The position numbers were made by a program, and so were the translations under genes. Below, piece after piece: positions 20,551 through 29,012 of a DNA stretch of 64,000 nucleotides. The stretch is taken from contig CAVRTC010000005.1 in the NCBI GenBank assembly GCA_963723985.1, positions 567 through 64,566 on the forward strand, given 5' to 3'. Positions within the stretch are counted from its first letter, which is position 1; each line of letters begins with the position of its first letter. The notes under the pieces are model-generated. The model ran no database searches. It worked only from the letters and a program-made list of their open reading frames with translations, and was not told the origin of the DNA. The stretch comes from an uncultured Actinomycetes bacterium. Its GTDB lineage: Bacteria; Actinomycetota; Acidimicrobiia; IMCC26256; BP-133.

Positions 20551-20911
20551 CGCGACACCCCCATCGGGCCCGGCGCCGACCCGGATCTCCGAGCGGCGGA
20601 CGTAGCGGATAAGAGACAGGCGTTCACGATAGTAGACGGAGCCGGAGGGTTCCAATCGCACGCCGACCCACTTCGTTCGGTCCTGCACCGACGTGCACGA
20701 GACCAAACCGCGTTGCGATGGCGCACCGGGCGAGGTTCCGGGTGCTCCTGGCCGCACACCGGAGGCACGGGCCGCACGAGACCTCGGCGCCGCCCCTTCC
20801 CGATGCCTTTACCCTTGTCCACAGACGAGAGGGGAGCAGTAGGGCTCCCACCCCGGCACAGCCTTCTGCGCGCTGGGTTCGTTCCCGGAGTGCACCGACC
20901 TGGCGAGGTGA

Positions 20912-22159
20912 ATGAAGCCGCTCGATGTGGCAGTCGTCGGCGGATCGCTGGCCGGTTGTTCGGCGGCCATTCTCCTGACGCGAGCAGGGCACAACGTGCA
21001 CATCTTCGAGCGTTCCCGGAGCGGTTTGGTGGGGCGGGGCGGCGGCATCGCAACGCCGGGCCCGCTGCTCGCGTCGTTGGTGGAACACGACGTCGTCGAC
21101 GCCGACTTCCCGCACTTGATGGCCACGTCGACACCGTTCGTCATCAGGACAGCGAACGAACCAGGACAGGGACACTTGGCGTGGGAACTCCCGCTCGACG
21201 TGGCGGTGTTCCACTGGGCGGCGCTGTGGGGTGCTCTCCGGCGGCGGGTGCCTGACGAGCGGTATCATCAGGGGTCGGTGGTGACCGGCGTGGTCCACCG
21301 TCCGGGCCCCCGTATCGCGCTCACCTTCGACGACGGATCCCCCGTCGAAGCCGATCTGGTCCTGTGGGCCGACGGCTACCAGTCCCTCGGCCGCCGCCTG
21401 GCGTTTCCGGAAGTCGCCTTGACCTATCGCGGCTACCTGTTGTGGCGCGGCCTCCTCCCCGAAGGCGCCATGGCCGGTGGCGACCCGCTCGGTTCGGCGC
21501 TGCCGCGGGTGTTCTACCGGGCGTTGCCGGGACACTTCGTGGCCTACTCCGTGCCCGGCGCCGACGGCTCCACGCGGCCTGGTGACCGGCTGGTGAACTG
21601 GGCGGCATTCATCCCCTTGGGGAAAGACGAGCTGGACGCGTTCATGGTCGATCGGTCCGGCGCGCCCCGGGTTGGCACAATCCCGCCGGGCGACGTCCGA
21701 CCGGATGAAGAAGACCGTCTCAAGGCGTTGGTGACAGCCCAGCTGCCCGAGGTCTACGCCGACATCGTCAGGCGGACCACGGTCACGTACGTGCAACTCA
21801 TCTACACCGTGAAGATGCCGGGCTACCACCGCGGCCGCATGGGCCTCATCGGCGATGCCGGGTCCGTCGCCCAGCCGTTCACCGGTTCCGGTGTTTTCAA
21901 GGGCTACAACAATGTGACCGGCCTGCTCGAGGTGCTCGCCCGTCACGACGATCTCGACGCCGCCCTTGAGGAGTGGGGAGCCAATCAGGTGGCACTGGGT
22001 GACCGGCTGCTCGCCCTCGGCCAACAGATGGAACAGGCGTTCATCTGGAACCCCCTCGATCTGGCCGAAGCGGACCCCGCGACGACCGAAGCCTGGTGGC
22101 GAAAAACCGTCGAGTTCCCGGAGGACTTCAGCCACGAGAGAACGAAAGAAGCCCGCTGA
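20912..22159 (+). CDS. FAD-dependent aromatic-ring monooxygenase (UbiH/salicylate hydroxylase-like)
   Basis: GxGxxG VAVVGGSLAGCSAAILL. DG motif LVLWADGYQSLGRR. GD motif LIGDAGSVAQPFTGSGV. Intact 415-aa ORF. Confidence 0.75.
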   Translation: MKPLDVAVVGGSLAGCSAAILLTRAGHNVHIFERSRSGLVGRGGGIATPGPLLASLVEHDVVDADFPHLMATSTPFVIRTANEPGQGHLAWELPLDVAVFHWAALWGALRRRVPDERYHQGSVVTGVVHRPGPRIALTFDDGSPVEADLVLWADGYQSLGRRLAFPEVALTYRGYLLWRGLLPEGAMAGGDPLGSALPRVFYRALPGHFVAYSVPGADGSTRPGDRLVNWAAFIPLGKDELDAFMVDRSGAPRVGTIPPGDVRPDEEDRLKALVTAQLPEVYADIVRRTTVTYVQLIYTVKMPGYHRGRMGLIGDAGSVAQPFTGSGVFKGYNNVTGLLEVLARHDDLDAALEEWGANQVALGDRLLALGQQMEQAFIWNPLDLAEADPATTEAWWRKTVEFPEDFSHERTKEAR

Positions 22160-22241
22160 ACGCCGTCACGGTTCCGAGGGCGCCTCAGGCCGAGAGCGGT
22201 CCTGCTGCGATCTGGGCCAAGCAGTTTGCGACCCCTCGAGG

Positions 22242-22754
22242 TCAGGCGCTCGCCTGCTTGAAGCGGGGTCGTCCGGGCTGACGCTTCCACTCTTCGACGA
22301 AGCGCCGCACCGAGGCGGCGGTCCACACCGGGCCGGCGCGCAACTCGGCGACCGGGGCAGGGAAGGAGCCGCTGCGGCAGAGCGTCGAGGCCCGTTGCGC
22401 AGAGACATCGAGGAGGTTGGCGATCTCTCGGATGCCGACGAGCTCCGGGAAGGAGGGGCGGGCCAGCTCGGCGTCGAGCTCGGCGTCGGTCACGACGGAG
22501 ATCCGGACGATGGGCCAAGGAGGCAGCCCGGCTTTGCGCTGCGCCTTCCCGAAGACCTCGCCGGCGAGCCCGACGGCCGAGAAGGGCGAGTCAGCCTCGA
22601 CGGTGAGGTCGGCGCCGTACCGGCCGCCCCCAGTCTCGGGTGAACACAGCACGGTGGCGTCGGGCCCGAGCCGATCGAGGAACCGCTCGAGCGCGTCGTC
22701 GGGGGGCGGCGCTCCGTCGCCCGCTGCTTCGAGGCTCACGTGGTAGACGGTCAT
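22242..22754 (-). CDS. hicB: HicB-like antitoxin candidate with C-terminal excisionase/MerR-like HTH
   Basis: MTVYHVSLEA.. N-domain followed by ELVGIREIANLLDVSAQRASTLCRSGSFPAPVAELRAGPVWTAASVRRFVEEW. Lies immediately downstream of the HicA-like ORF. Alternative start at 22784. Confidence 0.45.
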   Translation of the reverse strand: MTVYHVSLEAAGDGAPPPDDALERFLDRLGPDATVLCSPETGGGRYGADLTVEADSPFSAVGLAGEVFGKAQRKAGLPPWPIVRISVVTDAELDAELARPSFPELVGIREIANLLDVSAQRASTLCRSGSFPAPVAELRAGPVWTAASVRRFVEEWKRQPGRPRFKQASA

Positions 22755-22771
22755 GCCTTCCTCCAACGTGG

Positions 22772-22975
22772 TCAGGTGGGCCACTGCAGCCCTCGGCGGC
22801 GGAGCTGCGAAAGCGTCTTCTTGAGGGCGTGTTCCGGAGCCTGGCGGTGGGCGAGCACCTGTCCCTGGGTCGGGTCGGCCGGGTAGAACATCACCCCACT
22901 CCTGGTGTCCTCGACCCGCCAGCCCTGCCGGCGAGCGGCACGGGTCAGGTCCTCCAGCTTAAGTCCCATCATCAG
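22772..22975 (-). CDS. hicA: HicA-like mRNA-interferase toxin candidate
   Basis: MMGLKLEDLTRAARRQGWRVEDTRSGVMFYPADPTQGQVLAHRQAPEHALKKTLSQLRRRGLQW. Size, GW..v.....g, the central His and the l..l..Gl tail fit the HicA/YcfA pattern. Confidence 0.5.
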   Translation of the reverse strand: MMMGLKLEDLTRAARRQGWRVEDTRSGVMFYPADPTQGQVLAHRQAPEHALKKTLSQLRRRGLQWPT

Positions 22976-22980
22976 GCCTT

Positions 22981-22999
22981 CTATTGATGATGTCAATAG
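22981..22999. promoter_or_regulatory. AT-rich palindrome directly upstream of hicA-like start (candidate autoregulatory operator)
   Basis: ctattga-tgatg-tcaatag, 7-bp perfect arms, 6 nt upstream of the ATGATG start at 22975. Confidence 0.4.
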
Positions 23000-23067
23000 T
23001 TATTGTACCGGAGGATGGGCCGAGCAGCCGGGGCGGCCCGTCGCCCGTGCGACGCGCCGGAGCGTGT

Positions 23068-23721
23068 TCAGCGTCGCCGGCTGCTCAGGGCGCCGCTCGT
23101 TTTCGCCCGGGCGCCGAGGGCGGTGCCGTCGCGGAAGACGACCCAGGCCTTCAGGAGCGCCTCGTCGAGCGGGCCCTCGTCCGCCTCGTCGTCGGGCGGA
23201 GACTCGTCGCCGGGGAACAGCAGCCAGTTGCTGACCGTGACCAGCACCACGGCCATGAACAGCTCGGCCAGCTGGCGGGGCGACACGTCGGCCCGGATCT
23301 CGCCCCGGCGCTGGCCCTCCTCGAACAGGTCGGCCAGGTACCCCTGCGTCTGCTGCTCCCGCTCCCGGCCGAGCCCCAACCGGGTGTGGAGGGCGAGCTG
23401 GACGGCGAACTCCCGGTCGCCGGCGAAGTTGGCGGCGAAGTCGCGGACCAGCTCCTCCAGCCGTTCCAGCACCGCCCGGTCATGGTCGGCGACATCGTGG
23501 TGGAGGAGGATCGTGGCCCGGTCGAGGATGTCGTCGGCGGCGGCGTCGAGGACGGCGGCCTTGGTCGGGAAGTAGTTGAAGAAGGTCCCCTCGCTGATAC
23601 GCAGGCGTTCGGTGAGGTCCTGGACCCGGGTGGCCTCGAACCCCTGGGTCCGGAAGAGCTCCAACGCCGTGGCCAGGATCGCCAGGCGCTGCTCCTGCTT
23701 CTTCTCCTCCCGCAGCCCCAA
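23068..23721 (-). CDS. TetR-family transcriptional regulator
   Basis: N-terminal HTH RLAILATALELFRTQGFEATRVQDLTERLRISEGTFFNYFPTK. Intact 217 aa. Confidence 0.85.
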   Translation of the reverse strand: MGLREEKKQEQRLAILATALELFRTQGFEATRVQDLTERLRISEGTFFNYFPTKAAVLDAAADDILDRATILLHHDVADHDRAVLERLEELVRDFAANFAGDREFAVQLALHTRLGLGREREQQTQGYLADLFEEGQRRGEIRADVSPRQLAELFMAVVLVTVSNWLLFPGDESPPDDEADEGPLDEALLKAWVVFRDGTALGARAKTSGALSSRRR

Positions 23722-23768
23722 CTGCCGCCTCCGGAGTCCGAAATTCCTTGGTGTTACCCTAAACTTAT

Positions 23769-23785
23769 AGTTACACTATAACTGC
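23769..23785. promoter_or_regulatory. Palindrome in the TetR / hypothetical-gene divergent intergenic region (candidate TetR operator)
   Basis: ttatagt-tac-actataa, 7-bp perfect arms, in an AT-rich island between 23721 and 23808. Confidence 0.4.
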
Positions 23786-23807
23786 TGCTTCCGTAAGGAG
23801 GTGGGAG

Positions 23808-24338
23808 ATGGCAACGTTGTCGCCTCTGAACCCCTGGGGGGTCACTCGACCGGTCGACGACGACCGGCGGTGGCTGGTCGAGCCGGGACCGTTCCCCCAC
23901 CTGGCCCGGCTCGTCGATCTTCCCCCGCTCACAGCCCAGGCGGCGTTCGACGCCGTCCGCGCCGCCCACAGCCGCGGGCCGCAGTCCCGCCGGTGGGTCG
24001 TCCCCGCCGGCCACGGCCGCCTGGAACTGACCGGCCCCGGGTACGTGCCTTCGCCGCCCCGGCCGTGCTACTGGTCGCACCGCGAGGTGCCGGGGAAGAT
24101 CCGGTCGCCGCGCTGGCACCTGGCCGTCCCCGTCCGACTGCTCCTGCTGCCCTGGTCGGCCACCCGCAGCGCCGTGGCCATCGAGCTCCGGCGACACCCG
24201 TGGCTGTACGCCGCCGAGAACCTCTACCTCGATGCCGGGCACGCCGCCCTCGTCCGGTTGACCCACGAGCTCGAGGAGTGGGCGCTGGCCGAGACGAGGG
24301 AGGTCGACGCCTGGCTCGACAGCCTGGCGGCCGACTGA
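23808..24338 (+). CDS. Hypothetical protein (176 aa), divergent from TetR
   Basis: Strong RBS taAGGAGGTGggag before the ATG. Intact ORF. Trp/Arg/Pro-rich. No family recognised. Confidence 0.5.
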   Translation: MATLSPLNPWGVTRPVDDDRRWLVEPGPFPHLARLVDLPPLTAQAAFDAVRAAHSRGPQSRRWVVPAGHGRLELTGPGYVPSPPRPCYWSHREVPGKIRSPRWHLAVPVRLLLLPWSATRSAVAIELRRHPWLYAAENLYLDAGHAALVRLTHELEEWALAETREVDAWLDSLAAD

Positions 24339-24361
24339 TGCTCGGGGAGTAGGGTCCGGCC

Positions 24362-24514
24362 ATGGCCCGACCGAGCCTCAGGGACTTCTTCAAGAACTTC
24401 GACGACTACGACGCGTCATGGGACAAAAAGATTCGGAAAGCTCTTCGCAACAACGCCAAGAAGGTCACCACCTTCTCCGACTGCTGCGGGCACCCCGGCG
24501 AACCAGGCTGCTGA
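24362..24514 (+). CDS. Small Cys-rich protein (50 aa to the UGA); the same frame stays open for 69 more codons to the TAA at 24722-24724
   Basis: MARPSLRDFFKNFDDYDASWDKKIRKALRNNAKKVTTFSDCCGHPGEPGC-TGA-QKADSPRGGGHGHKHHHEADDITALKLQMADLSAKVDDLLTHMRTQEPVEEPVEEQVEEP... Third codon positions are mostly G/C on both sides of the TGA. Not in the ORF track because each piece is <60 aa. Confidence 0.45.
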   Translation: MARPSLRDFFKNFDDYDASWDKKIRKALRNNAKKVTTFSDCCGHPGEPGC

Positions 24515-24768
24515 CAGAAGGCCGATTCGCCCCGTGGGGGCGGCCACGGACACAAGCACCACCACGAAGCCGATGACATCACGGCGCTGAAGCTGCAAAT
24601 GGCGGACCTGTCGGCCAAGGTCGACGACCTCCTGACCCACATGCGGACCCAGGAACCGGTCGAGGAACCCGTCGAGGAACAGGTCGAGGAACCGGGCGAC
24701 CCGCCGTTGACTCCCCCGCCCTAACACTGTTAGGGTCGAGCTGAACGAGTGCTCAGTCGGGGGGTGCG

Positions 24769-25909
24769 ATGCCGGTTCTCAGCCCGGAGCAGGAGCTGTT
24801 CGCCGAGACCGTCAGCCGGGTGGCCGAGGAGCGCATCGCCCCGATCGGCGCCCGCATGGAGGAAGACAACCAGTTCCCCCACGACCTCATCGACCTCTAC
24901 CGGGAGCTGGGGTGGCTGTCGCTCATGACGCCGGAGAAGTACGGGGGGGCGGAGGCCGGGTCGACGGAGTGGGTGATCCTGGCCGAGAACATCGCCCGGG
25001 TCAGCGCCGCCGCGGCGCAGATGTTCGAGAACTTCGGGCCGGCGATTCCGTTGCGGTTCCTCGGGACGCCGGAGCAGCAGGACCGGCTCTTCCCCCTCCT
25101 GGAGGAACGCATCGGGTGCTTCGCCGCCACCGAACCCGAAGCCGGCAGCGACCTGGCGGGGATCCGCACCCACGCCGTCGACAAGGGCGGGTCGTACCTC
25201 ATCAACGGCGAGAAGTGCTTCATCACCAACGGGGGCGTGGCCAACTTCTTCGCCCTCGTGGCCTCCGTGGAGCCCGGCTCGGGCTGGCCGGGGTTGCGGC
25301 TGTTCATGGTCGACGCCCTGGAGTCCCCCGGCGTCAGCCTGATCCGGGAGGAGCAGAAGATGGGGCTGCGGGGCTCGTCGCTGGCCGCCCTGTCGTTCGA
25401 CAACGTGGAAGTGCCGGCTGAGAACATGATCGGCGGGGAGTACGGGCCTGCGCTCGGCGCAGCGGCTGCTCGACTTCGCCCGGCCCAACGTGGCCGGGAT
25501 GGCCTGCGGGCTGGCCCGGGGAGCGATGGAGTACGCCCTGGCCTACACGCTGGAGCGGCGGGCGTTCGGCCGGCCGGTGTACGAGTTCCAGGGCGTGTCG
25601 TTCCCAATCGCCGACATGGCCATCCGCATCGAGGCCGGCCGGGAGCTGGCCTACAAGGCGGCGGCCGAGGTCGACGCCGGCGGGCCCCGGGCCAGCGAGC
25701 TGGCCTCGATGGCCAAGGTGTTCTGCACCGACACGGCCATGGCGGTGACCACCGACGCCGTGCAGTGCCTGGGCGGCCACGGCTACCTGAAGGCGCACCC
25801 GGTGGAGCGCATGATGCGCGACGCCAAGGTGATGCAGATCTACATCGGCACCAACCAGATCCAACGGATGCTGGTGTCAGAGGCGCTGGCCCGCCGGGTG
25901 CGGCGATAG
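24769..25909 (+). pseudogene. Acyl-CoA dehydrogenase (paralog of 29013..30161), single frameshift
   Basis: The N-terminal 225 aa are in the frame of ORF 24769..26070 and the C-terminal part is in ORF 25490..25909 (..RPVYEFQGVSFPIADMAIRIEAGRELAY..QIYIGTNQIQRML). The switch is at about 25443-25447 in a G run (gagtacgggcctg). Confidence 0.8.
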
Positions 25910-26069
25910 TGCCTCGACCGGCAACGTTCGGCGGCGCCAGGCCGGCCAGGGACGCCGCTGGCTGCGTCCTCCTCCTCGACGTAGTCCCCGCTACGCCTCG
26001 TCGTGCGTCCTTGCCAGCGACGCCCCTGACTCGCCCTGGCACTCGCCAACGTCACCGGCCGAGGCACTG

Positions 26070-26908
26070 ATGCGGTTCGGGATCGGCCTCCCGCAGTACG
26101 GCCCGGCCACCGGCGAGGGGGTCACCCGGGCCGCCCGCCAGGCGGAGGACCTCGGCTTCGACGACGTGTGGGTCGCCGACCACATCGCCGTCCCCGTGGG
26201 GGCTCCCTACCCTCCGTCGTTCCTGCTGGAGGCGCTGTCCACCCTGACGTTCGCCGGGGCGGTGACGTCCGTGTCGGCCTCGGGACGAGCGTGCTCGTGC
26301 TGCCCCTGCGCCAGCCGGTCATCGCTGCCAAACAGCTGGCCACGCTGGACCGGCTCTCCGGCGGGCGGCTCATCCTCGGGCTGGGCGCCGGCTGGCTGGA
26401 GGAGGAGTTCGACGCCTGCAACGTCGAGTACCGCAAGCGGGGCCACCTCCTCGACGAGGCCATCGACGTGCTGCGGGCGTGCTGGGGGTCGGCCCCGGCC
26501 AGCTTCGCCGGTCCGACGGTCTCGTTTCGCGACATGAAGGTGCAGCCGCTGCCGGAGCGGCCCATCCCGCTGTGGGTGGGCGGTGTGAGCGATCGGGCGC
26601 TGCGCCGGGCGGTGGAGCAGGGCGACGGCTGGCACGGGGCCTTCCAGACGATCGGCGACATCGCCGCGGTGGTGAAGCGTCTGCGGGCCGACCGGCCGGA
26701 GCCCGGGTTCACGCTGTCGATGCGGCTCGACGTCGACGGCCTGTCGGGCGACCTCGACGCCCTCCGCCGGGAGCTCGACGAGCTCGCCGCCATCGGGATC
26801 AGCCACGTCCTGACCAGCCCCGTCCAGCGGAGCCTTGACGACTGGCTGGCGTCGGTCGAGGCGCTGTGGGGGGTGTTCTCCGAATACCGGGAGGGGGGAC
26901 CGGGGTGA
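26070..26908 (+). pseudogene. LLM-class (luciferase-like) F420-dependent oxidoreductase, single frameshift
   Basis: MRFGIGLPQYGPATGEGVTRAARQAEDLGFDDVWVADHI (26070 frame), then VRVGLGTSVLVLPLRQPVIAAKQLATLDRLSGGRLILGLGAGW (26168..26908 frame). Shift near 26262-26268. Confidence 0.75.
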
Positions 26909-27876
26909 AGAACTTCCCGTGGCGGACCATGCCCACCGGCTGGTTCCAGGTGGCGTGGTCCGACGAGTTGAAGCCGGGCGAGATCCGGCCGATGCGGTAC
27001 TTCAAGCGTGACCTGATCGCCTACCGGGGAGCGTCCGGTCAGGTGCACGTGCTCGACGCCTACTGCGCCCACCTCGGCGCCCATCTCGGCTACGGCGGCA
27101 CCGTCGTCGACGACGACATCGTCTGCCCCTTCCATCACTGGCGGTGGAACTGCGAAGGCTGCACGGTCGACATTCCCTACAGCGCCCGCAAGACGCAGGC
27201 CAAGCGCATCCCCACCTGGGCGGTGCGGGAGCTCGAGCCCTACGTCTTCGTCTGGCACGACGCCGCCGGCCTGCCGCCGTCGTGGGAGCCGGAGAAGCCG
27301 CCGCTCTCCCAGCCGCTGGAGGACTACTACCCGGTCTGGCCCGACGGTGCCCGACGCTTCGAGGGCGTGACCATGCAGCCGCAGCTGCTGATCGAGAACC
27401 TGCCCGACATCTTCCACTTCCGCTACGTGCACGGCACCGGGACCGTGCCGACGTTCGTGGACTTCTCCACCGACGGGCACCGGATCCACAGCCGCCAGGA
27501 GTTCACCGCTCCGCTCGACGCGCAGGGGGAGGACCTGTCGTCGGCCGGGGACGGCGACTTCGACGTGTCCGTACAGGGGCTCGGGATCCTGCTGACCAAC
27601 ATCAACGGCTTGAATGTCGCCCAGGCCGCCTGCGTGACACCGATCGACGACGAGAAGAGCGACTTCCACTTCACCGTCTTCGTTCCTCGGTCCATGCCGG
27701 CGAAGCAGGCCGCCGGTCTGTACAAGCTGCAGTTCAAGCTGGTGGTGGAGGACTTCCCGATCTGGGAGCACCTCTGCTACCAGGAGCGCCCGCCGTTCGC
27801 GCCCGAAGAAGCGCCCGCATACCAGGCCGTCCGCAAGTGGGTGCCGCAGTTCCATCCCCACGAACCGAAGCCCTGA
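26905..27876 (+). CDS. Rieske [2Fe-2S] non-heme-iron oxygenase, KshA-like
   Basis: Rieske motif CAHLGAHLGYGGTVVDDDIVCPFHHW (C-x-H-x17-C-x2-H). Mononuclear iron motif ENLPDIFHFRYVH (E-x3-D-x2-H-x4-H). GTGA overlap with the LLM stop. Intact. Confidence 0.8.
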   Translation: MKNFPWRTMPTGWFQVAWSDELKPGEIRPMRYFKRDLIAYRGASGQVHVLDAYCAHLGAHLGYGGTVVDDDIVCPFHHWRWNCEGCTVDIPYSARKTQAKRIPTWAVRELEPYVFVWHDAAGLPPSWEPEKPPLSQPLEDYYPVWPDGARRFEGVTMQPQLLIENLPDIFHFRYVHGTGTVPTFVDFSTDGHRIHSRQEFTAPLDAQGEDLSSAGDGDFDVSVQGLGILLTNINGLNVAQAACVTPIDDEKSDFHFTVFVPRSMPAKQAAGLYKLQFKLVVEDFPIWEHLCYQERPPFAPEEAPAYQAVRKWVPQFHPHEPKP

Positions 27877-27885
27877 GGAGGGTCT

Positions 27886-29010
27886 GTGGATTTCACGCAT
27901 CTGCCCGAGCATGAGGAGCTCGTTGCAGTGGCCCGGCGGGTAGCGGCCGAGCTGGCGCCGGGTTACGTGGAGCGCGACCTGGCCGGGGCCTTCTCCTGGG
28001 AGAGCCTGAAGCTGCTGGCCAATTCGGGGCTGCTCGGCGTGCATGTGCCCGCCGAGGCCGGCGGCCAAGGGGCCGGGGAGCTGGCCGCCGGGCTCGTCTG
28101 CGAGGAGCTCGGCCGGGCCGACTACACGACGGCGCTGATGATCATCCAGGCCGGCACGGCCGGGAAGCTGATCTGGCGCCTCGGTTCCGAGCGGGTCAAG
28201 GAGCAGTGGCTCCCCCGGGTGACCACCGGCGACACCACCTACGGGCTGGCCTTCACCGAGCCGGGAACGGGGTCCGACATCGCCGCGCTGGCCGCCACGG
28301 CCAAGCCTTCGGGTGACGGGTTCGCCATCAGGGGCGAGAAGTCGTCGATGAGCTTTTCGGAGTCGCAGGTGGCCTTCGTGCTGGCCAAGACCGAGGGCGG
28401 ACCGGGGCTGTTCGTCGTGCCGCTCGACGCACCCGGCGTGACGGTGGCGCCGTTCGACGACATGGGGTCGCGCCCTCTCGGGCGGGCGGTCGTCACCTTC
28501 GACGACGTCTTCGTCCCGGGTGACGCCATGCTCGGCACGCCCGGCGCCGGCCTCAAGCTGGCGCTGGGGTCGCTGGCGGCGTCGAAGGTCCTGGTGTGCT
28601 GCGTCTGTCTCGGGGTGGCGGAAGCGGCACTGGCCGAGGCGGTGGAGTGGGCCAAGGACCGGGTGACGTTCGGGGCGCCGCTGGCCACCCGGCAGGGCAT
28701 CGCCTTCCCGGCCGCCGACCTGGCGACCCAGCTGGAGGCGGCCCGACTGCTGGTCCACAAGGCGTTGTGGAAGGCCGACCGGGGAGAGGACTTCCGCCGG
28801 GAGGCGGCCATGGCCAAGGCGTGGATTCCCCGGCTGGCGTCGACGGTGTGCCACGAGGCGATCCTGACCATCGGGCACGTGGCCTACAGCCGGGAGCACC
28901 CGGCCCAGCTCCGCCTGCGGGACGTGCTGGCCACCGAGCTCGGCGAGGGTCCGGCCAACACGCAGCGGATGATCGTGGCCCGCGACCTGTTCGGCGTGAC
29001 GCCGTCGTAA
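27886..29010 (+). CDS. Acyl-CoA dehydrogenase
   Basis: Intact 374 aa with typical ACAD blocks (YGLAFTEPGTGSDIAAL, GEKSSMSF, ..ATELGEGPANTQRMIVARDL). Confidence 0.8.
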   Translation: MDFTHLPEHEELVAVARRVAAELAPGYVERDLAGAFSWESLKLLANSGLLGVHVPAEAGGQGAGELAAGLVCEELGRADYTTALMIIQAGTAGKLIWRLGSERVKEQWLPRVTTGDTTYGLAFTEPGTGSDIAALAATAKPSGDGFAIRGEKSSMSFSESQVAFVLAKTEGGPGLFVVPLDAPGVTVAPFDDMGSRPLGRAVVTFDDVFVPGDAMLGTPGAGLKLALGSLAASKVLVCCVCLGVAEAALAEAVEWAKDRVTFGAPLATRQGIAFPAADLATQLEAARLLVHKALWKADRGEDFRREAAMAKAWIPRLASTVCHEAILTIGHVAYSREHPAQLRLRDVLATELGEGPANTQRMIVARDLFGVTPS

Positions 29011-29012
29011 CG

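Noticed and set aside
20551-20757. N-terminal extension of the carbamate-kinase-like ORF back to 20757 (ORF track start)
   Set aside because: The extra 68 aa (MRPGAPGTSPGAPSQRG..) look like non-coding high-GC translation. The kinase-fold similarity begins at MAGIAVVAMG (20550).
22981-22999. Perfect -35 hexamer TTGACA on the minus strand inside the hicA-upstream palindrome, taken as the promoter
   Set aside because: A -10 element 17 nt downstream would fall on the start codons (GATGAT) and would put the TSS inside the ORF. The sequence is better treated as an operator-type palindrome only.
26122-28899. Very long antisense or off-frame ORFs in the high-GC part (e.g. 26122..28899 at 925 aa, 30733..33345 at 870 aa, 56034..57785 at 583 aa, 20624..22135 at 503 aa, 32091..33788 at 565 aa)
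   Set aside because: Their translations are Arg/Pro/Gly/Ala low-complexity strings with no recognisable motifs. They lie opposite or out of frame to genes with clear family signatures. This is the usual stop-codon-poor artefact of ~70% GC DNA.
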